From Amphiscolops sp. MND2022 (lineage: Eukaryota): a DNA stretch of 64,000 bases. This document shows, piece by piece, positions 41,901-52,373 of the stretch (positions within the stretch are counted from its first letter, which is position 1; the number at the start of each line of letters is the position of its first letter). The notes under the pieces are model-generated. The model saw nothing but the letters and a program-made list of their open reading frames with translations. It was not told the DNA's origin and made no database searches. The stretch lies in assembly GCA_964187785.1 (NCBI GenBank), contig CAXLNC010001375.1, forward strand, positions 1 to 64,000, in the 5' to 3' direction. Both the position numbers and the translations under genes were made by a program.

Positions 41901-42847
41901 TCATCAATTACATTGTTCCAGAAACTTCTATTCTGCCCACCCCCGTCCTTGCACTGCAGTTCATGGTCTTGGCCGCTGGACGTTTCAGCAAAACAATGAT
42001 TCAAACTGTTTCGAAAACTCAATTTCGAAACATTTCGTTTGAAAATGAGATGTAGACCTATTATTCGTATAACAGATATAAACCTGATATTTGTATACTC
42101 AATAAGCTGTAGCCTAATATTCGCTTAAAATTGTAATCTATAGTTTCCTTTACCCTCTTAATATGATCTTTTCTCATGTTATAATGCTCTCAATACACTA
42201 TATTACAACTCTTTTACCAAGACCTTATTTCCCATCTTTTTCTTACAGTACAAGCTTTATGTTTCTGGAACAAAATGATACATTCTTATAGTTTGAAACA
42301 CTTTTTCAACGTCTTTCGAATTCGTTTTTTTGAGCTGAATGGCTTCTTTCACTTTTGTTCACTACCCGCCAATGTTGGGTCATGTCTCATTGAAAACTCC
42401 AATTGCACACAAAAAGCTTTTAGCCTTCAAAAAGGTTGTTAATGTCACACAATATTCGCTGATCTATTAAGAAATTTTTCTTTTTGGGCAGATGAAGGAA
42501 CATTAAATCGAATTTGAATCTAAATACATATTATATGTTGTCAGAAAATAACTAGAACCAAACCGTCTGTCACAAATTATTTTCACTCTTGAAATGTTGC
42601 ACGTGAAGTGATCCGAACCATAAATAGGTAACTGAACCGCTTTAGGTAGCTCGCACTCCTTAAGTATAAAAGACATCTGAAAAATACATAACATCTTCCA
42701 TAATACCTGAACACAGCATGATACGAAACACCTCAGAACATAAACCTACTTCTCCAATGTGATGTTTTAAATTTTTTCAGAAGATTTTTTATTGAAATTG
42801 ACAACTTGACATATAACTTCTAGTCCAAAGAAGTTTATACAATCTAA

Positions 42848-42975
42848 TAATCTATTATTTGATGCTCCTACTATTCAGATGTTTCTTTAGCCTGTATTCT
42901 ATTAATCTATTTAGCGAATGCTCCTACTATTCAGATATTGTCACCCGTTAATCTATAATCTATTTAGCGATGCTA
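42848..42975. repeat. Short imperfect tandem repeat (taatctatt..atgctcctactattcagat, ~2.5 copies)
   Basis: Direct inspection. Confidence 0.7.
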
Positions 42976-43399
42976 GTCTGCAGTCTTCTAGACACAGTTA
43001 ATAATGACAGTTATATTATTGAAATATGTTCTGGAAAATATATAATCAGAGTTAAGCAATACCTCTCAACGAAAGGTTTTCTCTCAGTCAAGTACTCGTG
43101 AAAGAAAAATTAAAATTAGACCAAAAACTTAAATAAGTATTAAAAGAGATCTCACATCTAAAGTTAGACAGTGGTTACTACTTCAGACTAAAATAACTTC
43201 TGATAAAAGCGTGGTGCAGTCTGAGCAGTACACAGTGGTGTGAAGAAATAGTGCTACTCCGTACCAAATTTTATTGCAACGAAATCAAACCAAAACAAAA
43301 CAAAACGTATCCAGAAAAGCTACAAAACATGCCATTAGGTAGAGAAAAGTCTAATCAGTTGTCGGATAACCTCTTTTTGCAACAACTAGCTGTAATCGT

Positions 43400-44290
43400 T
43401 GAGGAAATGAATCGTAAAGTATTACTATGTACTCGACAGGAATTTTCTCGAATTCTTTTTATGCATGTTTCGAAAGTTCGTCTATGGTCTCCAGACGTCT
43501 TTTGGAGATGTTTTTCTTAGGGAAACTCCACAAATTTCCGATGGTGTTGAGATCAAGGGACTGTACAGGCCAAATTTCCAATAAAGTGAACCCATTTTCC
43601 CAAACATATGGGTTTTCATTGATGGGCTGGGGCATTGTCCGGTTGGAACGGTTCATACATATTAAGGAAGTCTATAACATAATCTTTGAGGACTTTGGTG
43701 TATTCATCTGAATCCATCCTGTCTTCTATAGGTATCATCATCTCTTTGATCGCTAATTTGATCGAATGCATCCCCACGCCATCCATTTTATTTCAAGGGA
43801 AAAACTTTTTCGCGAGAAAGCGGCCCTCCAAAGTGGGTTTTCTGGGTCTTCTGACAAGGTCCTTCCCTTTACTGTTCAGCTCAAGCATAGTCTCGTCCGA
43901 AAAAAAAGAACTGTTTTCCACACAGTTTGCTTTTTTTCGACCAGCAATATTTTTGCCCTTTTTTTCTCTTTTCTGTCGATCCGGCCCAGAAATTTTGGCT
44001 TCGCGCTGGCCATACTTGATCGCTATCTTCCTGATATAACTGGTACAGAAGTCGATTTATCAGGATATTTATTTGGGAAGCGTTTAAAAAGGGTCTTTTT
44101 TTGAAACCAGAACCACCGTTCTTCCCATTCTTTCGTTGACTATTTTGGCTGACCGGGACTTTTATTGTTGTTAAAATGTCCTCGGTCATTGTATCGAAAG
44201 ATCTTTCGGGAAACAGTTGCTTTATGTACGTTGGTTATTTTGAAATTTTGACAAACACAAAGATTTTGCAAGTTATTTTCGATGCACTTT
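43400..44290 (-). pseudogene. Tc1-family DDE transposase
   Basis: HTH-like KATVSR..SPGQPK; FFSDET; WPVQSLDLNTIGNLWS (WPxxSPDLNPIENLW-like). Confidence 0.88.
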
Positions 44291-44304
44291 TTTGATAGTT
44301 CGAA

Positions 44305-44709
44305 TGTAACGACCGGCTAGCGACGCACATCTAGGAAGAGGGAAAATGTCTAGGATGCTTGAACAAGAGACGTTGTCTTACTACATCCCTAGACATTAGT
44401 TTTTATCCCCAAATGGTCTCCAAGGGGACTTTTCTATCGTCTTAGGAGGCTGCTCTAGTTAGAGCTCCGAAGCAACGCGCCAGCACTCTCAAAGTCCGGA
44501 CACGCCCCACAAGCCTGTAAAAACGTATCCTAGGTTCCTAACATACATTCCTGCCACCTCCTACACACCTCCGAGGTCCAAAAAGTGTCTAACCGAAATA
44601 CATTATATTGAGTGAATAAGGACTACAATGGAGACCTACTATGTCAAACATCATCCAAATACTCGGAAAATAGTAATAAAGCACGGGGATAAGTCCCAAT
44701 AACATTACA
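44305..44709 (+). mobile_element. Isolated LTR-like segment inserted in the Tc1 element
   Basis: TGTAA...TTACA termini, AATAAA ~30 nt before the end; no TSD identified. Confidence 0.5.
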
Positions 44710-47387
44710 GTTTAGGGTTGGGCATCAGTTTGGCCTCTGGCATCTTTCCTCATCTTCGGGGCACAATGGTCTCTTTTGGCACTTTTCTGCCGAAGCCCTG
44801 TCTTTTTGCTGTCAGATGGCACAATTCCTGATTCTCTCGCCTTCTGGGTGATGACATCTTGGACATTTCGTTCCTGGGTGGGACTGGGGGCTGACTGTAC
44901 GTTTTTTTGGTTCTTCTACGGTTTTCGTACCTGCCGGGTCGTCCATCTTGAATGTTTTTGTTTGATACCGCACATTTCGAATTTTTGATCGACATTTTCA
45001 AACACTTCTGCAACGTCTTTTGCCTGAGGTTACATCCTCCCCGGGCCGTAGTTTGTCGTACTCGACAAACGAGAGAAGACTTTCACATCTTGGTTGCCAC
45101 CATCCAGTGATCCAGTGATACTGTTGCATCATGGTACTTCAGGAATCTAAATGGAAGTCATTACCAAAAAACATGTTACTGCCCAAAAACATGAGTTTTT
45201 GCTAGCCTAGCGGGCTTCCTTGGATTCCACACCAACAACGGGTTCTTGCACTGGAAAAAGATTAGCAACTTTTGACATTTAGCATTATATTCAAAAAGTT
45301 TTCGTAACTTTTAATTGCGCACCAAAATTACTAGCACTGTGTTACCGAATCTGTAGAAAAATAAAAAGCACTCATCAGAACAGGTTTGGCATTGCCCGGG
45401 GGCCCACCTGATAGGTTAGGTTTTCCAAAATAATGCACGATAGCACTTGAAAAGCGAAAAATAAAAGTAACAGCTATGGTCCTGCAAAAGTGCGTAGTTC
45501 ATGGCCAACGGAAACTGCACAATAACTATTGGGGAAACAGGCTTCAAAAAAATCAAAAATATCACCGAAAGTGAGGACACATACAGTCTATTGTGTTAGC
45601 AGTGTACGCTCAGACAAAGGTATTGTCTAGGTAGTACAAGCACCAGTGTATATGCAAGAGATGGAAATAAACTGCTTTTCAAGAGGATGACAATGTGACT
45701 AGCGAAGATAGAGCAGAACCAATAAGAGTCAAAAATCAGGCATGATATGATAGATCATGAAAACAGGGTTCGGCATCAAAAAAAAGTTCCAGAGCAATCA
45801 TTTGAGTTCTAAAAGCACGGCCGCTGGCCAAGCAGTTCTCAGAGCTTCGAATCTCTAGGTGTTTCATCATGCTTGGTGTTGATTTCTCTCGGGAGAGTAC
45901 AGGTACTCCCCGTGCCAATCTCTTGTCCGGTGTTTTGACATCGACATGGTTCACACAACTGTGGTACCGAGAACCGACGTGCACCTAAGGCATGAATTGA
46001 GCAACGAACACGATTTTTTGAGAAGCCTGCTTGGAGAGCACAAGCCTGCCTGGAGAGCACAAGTGATAACAAAAATGTAATTAGGGACTACGGGTAGACC
46101 TTGGGGGGAGTAGGAGGAGAGACACTGTGTTTGAAGTGGTTTTTTGCCTTACGATCGTAGTACGTTCAGAAAAAGCGTTCTTTTTCAATTATGGTAGTCA
46201 CTAGTGTACTTGTTGTTCCGTTTTGAGACGCACTGCGTTCAAATTCTAAACCTCTAAAAGTGCCTATAAACAGTCTCCAGCACCGACGGGGTGCACAAGG
46301 CGTCGAGCATGCATGTTCACAATTGATAGCTTGCTTCAATTTTTGGTTTTTCACCTCTATGTCTCGTAGACCGTTTTTTCAAAGACCCGAGGTCTCAGGG
46401 TCGGTTTAGCACTAATCAAAGTATTCAGCAGGACGTGCTGAGCGCGCCGGGTATGCTAGTGAAGTCGTTTGGGCGCTCCCTGGCACGTACACTGACAAAA
46501 AGTGTGCAATTCGTCACGCAAAACTGCAAAATCAACAATTTTGTTGTCAACAGGCACCTCCGCGGAAGATGAAAATCAGTTCTAGCGCTGCTAGCGACCA
46601 GAAAAGTTCACACCGTATACTATGGTAGCCAAGTCATGGGGAATTAAACTCCGATTGCGCCAAAATTGACTCTGTGGGTGTTACGGTCACTTAACAATGT
46701 TCACTGAAAAATGACTATATCGTGAATTTCACAAAAATTAGTCAAACTCGCCTTCTAGGCGTCCTAGCTACCTGAAATTTTGTAATCGAGCGTAAATTAT
46801 GCCCACGTAACAAACACATACGGCGGCGAGGTGCCTGGATTGATACTTGGCGATTCGGTGTGACAAAACCTTGATGTACATTAGGTACCACTTTTCGGGT
46901 CAAAATTCACAAAAATGTCAATTTCTCGGCTTTGGCTTGTAGCCGGCTGTTCAAAATGCTCAAATCGTCGGAATCCAGTGCCGTGCGTACGAAAATGCAA
47001 GAATTTTAGTGCTAGGATACCTGCAAGGTATTGCACTATGCTCTACTAAAATTCGATTTTTTTCTACAATTTCGTACACTTTTTGATCAAAATTGCGGCT
47101 GAGTTTTCTCGATCACTAGTAATCTCATGATTGTTTTGTCTACGATCCTATTATTCACTTAGTTAATCAAGGTTTTGAAAAGCGCATCAAAGGTTCTAGG
47201 TGGCATTCTTTTTTCACACCACTGTGCGTAATGTTAGTTCGTAATGCTGATTTTCGAAAAACCTGTTATGCACATCTCGGGTTGCCATTACCGGAAGTGA
47301 CTTCCACATTTTCTTCACCAGCGATGTCTTGAATTGGCAGTTTAAACAGTGCCAAAAGAAAAAACTTACATTTTTTTTCCTTTTCAG

Positions 47388-47474
47388 TTCTACTCATGCT
47401 GCTAGCTGCATGCCTTTTTGTCCCTTTGAAAGGACACGCGAAGACAGTGGTCGATTACCAGAAGGCAAATGAAG
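47388..47474 (+). CDS. Host gene exon (continuation of the TM helix from exon 682-828)
   Basis: cttac branch-like site and polypyrimidine ttttcag acceptor; gttggt donor; 87 nt, phase 1-1; the join gives FAALA-V-LLMLLAACLFVPLKGHAKTVVDYQKANE. Confidence 0.65.
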
Positions 47475-48406
47475 GTTGGTTCTTTCTTCATTTACATGGT
47501 AAATTTTTCCAATTATTGAGATGTGTTTCTGAAGGGATTCAAAATTATTGCTCAAATGATGAGATAAGAATCTGGAATATTCTCAGCAAGTGGAATTTCT
47601 CGTGGTGCTTTATCACATTTTTTTACTTTTCCTGTAGTCATGAGGACTACAAAGCAATGGATCAAGCCGCAACATGTGTCAAGGTTTCTTTTCCAAAGAG
47701 TATGTCTTTGACTTTTTGACTTTTTCGAGGTCCCACGTACTTTTTTACTGTCACTGTGCGGTGTTGGCTTGTGCTTGAACCATCGAAACAAAATATACCG
47801 GGAAGGTATCGCTTACTGGCCCAAAAAAGATAGCACAAAATCTCACTTCGCAGATTTTTCCCTAGATAATTAGAATGCCGCTTGTTAAGGTGAAAAGTAC
47901 AGTTACGTAGAGAAATTTGTAAATGAGTTCTCGCTTACGAACAGTCATGAAACAAATGAAGAACCTGTTGTCCCTAAAAACCTCTTGGACATTTTATAGC
48001 AAAATCCAATATCCCTTGTCCTACTTACATCTGATTTGATAGTCGATCGGGCACAAACGGTATTATTTATTCTAAGCAGCCAAAGGGCGTTCTTCGGCGA
48101 CAGAGAGCATGGCCCCAATGCTTGGTTTTGAGTTTGTAACTCAACCAGCGAAAGTAGGAAAACACTTTGCGGCGCTACCAAAAAACTTCTTGCTTTTCCT
48201 CTCGCGGTTTTCCTTTCGGAAATTTGGTCAAAGGAATTGCGAAAACACTGCAGTGCTGAGGAACAATCGGAGGATCAAACAAGGTTTATAAGAATCGGAA
48301 TAAACTTTTGGGTTCGGTCCGTTTATTTGAGGCAAGTTTGCGTTACTTCCAGTCATTTGTTTCGAGGGCAGATTATTAATCGTGACTACTTTTGACTTTG
48401 ATTCAG

Positions 48407-48624
48407 ACGTTTTTCGTTCTCCAGGCATGAACCTTGGCGAGTCTGTTAAATCACCTGGGGAAGAACACCAGCCGCACGTAAGAAGACAACGAAGAGAGAA
48501 TTCCGACAACAAACAACAAGGCAAACATGCGTTTGACGTGAGACTCGCGATGCTAATAACTGCCACCGTCCTTTCCACCGGGGCTCTCATTTGCCTCATA
48601 GTAGTGGCCTGCCTTGATGACTAA
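48407..48624 (+). CDS. Host gene probable last coding exon with final TM helix
   Basis: Phase-1 acceptors at 48406 or 48424, both in frame; ends LAMLITATVLSTGALICLIVVACLDD-stop. Confidence 0.55.
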
Positions 48625-48673
48625 CAGCAATCCAAATGTCAATTAACTTGGTTTATCCTAGAATAGCCCATGG

Positions 48674-49174
48674 NNNNNNNNNNNNNNNNNNNNNNNNNNN
48701 NNNNNNNNNNNNNNNNNNNNNNNNNNNNNNNNNNNNNNNNNNNNNNNNNNNNNNNNNNNNNNNNNNNNNNNNNNNNNNNNNNNNNNNNNNNNNNNNNNNN
48801 NNNNNNNNNNNNNNNNNNNNNNNNNNNNNNNNNNNNNNNNNNNNNNNNNNNNNNNNNNNNNNNNNNNNNNNNNNNNNNNNNNNNNNNNNNNNNNNNNNNN
48901 NNNNNNNNNNNNNNNNNNNNNNNNNNNNNNNNNNNNNNNNNNNNNNNNNNNNNNNNNNNNNNNNNNNNNNNNNNNNNNNNNNNNNNNNNNNNNNNNNNNN
49001 NNNNNNNNNNNNNNNNNNNNNNNNNNNNNNNNNNNNNNNNNNNNNNNNNNNNNNNNNNNNNNNNNNNNNNNNNNNNNNNNNNNNNNNNNNNNNNNNNNNN
49101 NNNNNNNNNNNNNNNNNNNNNNNNNNNNNNNNNNNNNNNNNNNNNNNNNNNNNNNNNNNNNNNNNNNNNNNNNN
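48674..49174. other. Assembly gap (N run)
   Basis: Continuous Ns. Confidence 0.99.
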
Positions 49175-50195
49175 TTAAAAAATTTGGTAGATGTAAAACA
49201 ATCTGCTAACATCGAAAACATTATGAACCAAGTTGATGAAGGATTTGGCAGTGAAGTTGCAATGGCTGAATTGGACAATCAAACAAAATGATCCTTGATT
49301 CGCGAGGAGTGCCTCATATCAATCAACTGTGACAAGCAAATACCTTGTCTCCTTTGAACATTCATGCCTAATATACCTATACCTTCAAAAGAGTTGAATT
49401 GATTACAGTTTTTCTCTGAGGTTAAATTGTTTTCACATCAAACTGCAACCTATAGATAATGTTCCGGAATTTTGGCTTGATAATTTCGGCCTTATTTGCA
49501 AAAGTAACATTCAAAAGTCTCTCTAGAAAAAAAGAGAAAGATTGACAATGTTTAATTTAGGTAATTTAGGAAGAGAACAACAAAACATCAGGAAAATGTC
49601 TAACCTAACCAGACATCGGGTGAACATTTCTCTACGAGCATTTATTATGAACCGGTAACAATTTTTTTCTACATCAAACAGTAAATTGAAAACATACTTT
49701 GATGACATCTTGTGTTATATTTTGCCTTTATTGTTAGCGTTTCAGTTGTAATAATTTTACAAGTAATTGCGGAAGTTTCGAAAATTTTGTGATCAAAGTC
49801 GAAGATTCCAAAAAAATGTTTTTGCAACTTTTGTTGGGATTGCTCCAAAGGATGGAAGTTTTTCTGGGTACCTTGCCTTCGAAAATTGTTATGGATATTA
49901 TCTCTCTCGGTGAAAATTACATCAGTTTTCCGATTTCTCACCAAATAACACATTTTTACATTTTTACATATAGGTAATCACTTTATATGTACGTATTTTC
50001 TGTTACGTAGTTTAGATATATGAATAATGGAGGACTCTTGACAACATTCTTAGACTGTTAGCAGTGAGTTTCATAGAAAATGCGAACTTTGTTTTATTGA
50101 GGTGAGAAGGAACATTCAACTCCCAACCAAAATTTGAATTAAAATTTCTAATACCTAGCTTCAATCAAGATTGGTTCGAGTTTTTAGAGTAACCA

Positions 50196-50565
50196 TGTGT
50201 AGATGACAGTGCGTCCGTCAGGAACAGCGAAAAAAACACGAGTAGAAGTTTTCTAGAATCTACCCGAAAAAAGGGATTCGGAAGTTTTACAATGAATTGA
50301 ATTTCTGCTTACACGCACTTTCCAAATAACTTTTTGTCTAGCGTGTGTATCAACCGTGAAATCGCTTTTTTAAATTTTTCTTGTCCTAGAAAAGTTTAGG
50401 TAAGCAAAATAAAGTTTTTCACTAGTCAATTTACAGGCACGGAAAAGCTTACTGTTGCGACTGATATAAAATTCCAAACTTGTGTTTAACTTTAGTTTTC
50501 TCCGGGACTAGCGGCCACGTTCACCTCCTTGGGGGTCCAGTTTTTGGTGCTACCATGTGACCAGC
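50196..50565 (+). promoter_or_regulatory. Candidate 5' LTR (~50196-50539) and PBS-like site (TGGTGCTACC at 50545)
   Basis: TG...CA bracket followed by TTTTTGG; priming tRNA not identifiable and no second LTR in the window. Confidence 0.3.
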
Positions 50566-51142
50566 ACACCTATAAACAGCACTTCTATAAATGGTCACCA
50601 ATAAACATGTCTACAATTACATTGGCATTGATCGCACTATGTACCGACCTACATTAATAACCAATAGTATTTCGATGTTCATAGAATATTCTAGAATGTA
50701 CATTTATTTAATATTGAATAACTGTAAAACTCTACTCCTTCAGAGAGAGAAAACTAATAATCAGTATTTGGTCGACTTCCTTTTTGATCTATCGTTCAGA
50801 CCTCCAGGCTTTAATAGAGTTAGCTAGCTAGCATCATCTTACTACCTTAGTTCAGTACTATCTAGATGAAGGTAGCCACCACCGAAAATACCTAATAGAA
50901 CTCTTTAAAGCAGCACAATTTGGTGCGACTTGTAAAACTTTTTTTCGCTGGATGCTTTCTCTTCTCTCATCAATACAAAACCTACTACTCCTCCTCCTCT
51001 TTGAAAATCTCTTGGATTGCAGTGAAAGTTTTCTGGAAATTCTAGAAAATCTTGTCTGTGACTTTCTGAATTTCTGTAACAAATACTTCATTGTTAGACA
51101 AAAAATTTCTGCATATCAAATATAAAAAACTTTTCCAATTCC

Positions 51143-51405
51143 GATTTATCACGTTTTTCTAAAAACGTTGACACGGTTCTTCTTCTATTCCTCTCACTTT
51201 GCCGCTTTATCACGTTTTCTAACACGTTGACACGGTACTTTTTCAGACTGTTTTATCCACAGTGACACAGTTCTGCTTTTCTCTCAGACTGCTTTATCCA
51301 TAGTGACACAGTTCTGTTTTCCATACTGATTTATCACAACTATCCGGAAGCTTGTTGAAACAATTCTGTCCGGTTTATCAAGGTTTTCTAACACCTTTGA
51401 CACGG
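51143..51405. repeat. Array of imperfect repeats TTTATC...(T)GACAC(A/G)G
   Basis: Six TTTATC cores, five paired with a downstream TGACAC. Confidence 0.75.
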
Positions 51406-52373
51406 CATTCAATTCTTCAATCCTGCTATCTTGAACGTCAGGTGGACTCCTGGTGTAATAGTTGACTTAGTGCATGTTAGACTCATTTCACCTATAAGCA
51501 CATACGTTACAAGATCAATTTCGCGTTGGCAGAAAACTTGGATTTTCTATTGTTTCGTTTTGGATCCATTTTCAATAAAAACTTCAAAAATTTACCTTCA
51601 GAATTAGATTCTGATATCCATAAAAGGTAACCAAGTTCTTCCCTACTTCTTCCTTATCATCTCTTTGACAACAAGTAGTTTTAACTATTTTACAATTTTA
51701 ACATAACTTCACAACATATTTCTTCTAACAAAACCTATCATACAATTTTAACATAACTTCTTGCTTAAAGTCTAAAATAGGACATGTAAATAAAACAGAC
51801 ACTGTAAAGGTAGTTTTATATTTTCAGGCACCCGCAATTCCTATCCTCTCCTGTTAGATTTAGACATTCAGATTACTCAGTTACAACTTGTGTAGTCTGA
51901 TTCTAAGACTGACTAAACACCTTAGTAGAGTTTAAACGTCCTTAAGGAGAATCTAGAGGACACCGAACTACGTTCGAATCTTCGAAATTCTCAGGAAGTA
52001 AAAGTAAAAGTAAAACATACAAAAGATCAAATTTTGATCTTGATCAGTATTGATCAGACTTTGGATAGTGGACGTTCATTGTTCCCTTAGTCTTAAAAAA
52101 CACAAACCACTTAAAAATTAATCTTTTTAGTTTCTCTGGACGTGTCAGTAACCATATGTTAGACACTTAATTGCAAGTCCAGCTCTAAAATACAACTCCC
52201 ACTGGATGTGTCAGTAACCTTATGTTAGACACCTCAATTTAATCCAGACCTAAACCTGAACTTAGATTCTGTTAGCAATCCTTTGAGGTTGAATACAGAT
52301 TCTATTGCATCCGCTTCATTCTTCTCTGTCATAAACAATTATAACAATTCAAACAATTTCTTCATATTACAAC

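Larger units (their letters stand above)
36560..42250 (+). mobile_element. Env-bearing retroelement copy C (3' half only)
   Basis: Pre-env leader, env, cytoplasmic tail and ORF-X; gag-pol absent. Confidence 0.85.
43231..47226 (-). mobile_element. Tc1/mariner element with nested insertions
   Basis: 14 bp inverted repeats CACAGTGGTGTGAA (43231-43244) and TTCACACCACTGTG (47213-47226); TA on the left flank; transposase remnant inside. Confidence 0.65.

Noticed and set aside
43231-43237. CACAGTG as an RSS heptamer or Transib end
   Set aside because: The enclosed transposase has Tc1 motifs and the left flank is TA; no nonamer or 5 bp TSD.
49176-49290. Short protein-like reading NLVDVKQSANIENIMNQVDEGFGSEVAMAELDNQTK-stop as a host exon
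   Set aside because: Its 5' end lies in the gap; no splice site or homology can be assessed.
51143-51405. Repeat array as CRISPR
   Set aside because: Repeats are degenerate and irregularly spaced, the context is eukaryotic, and no cas genes are present.
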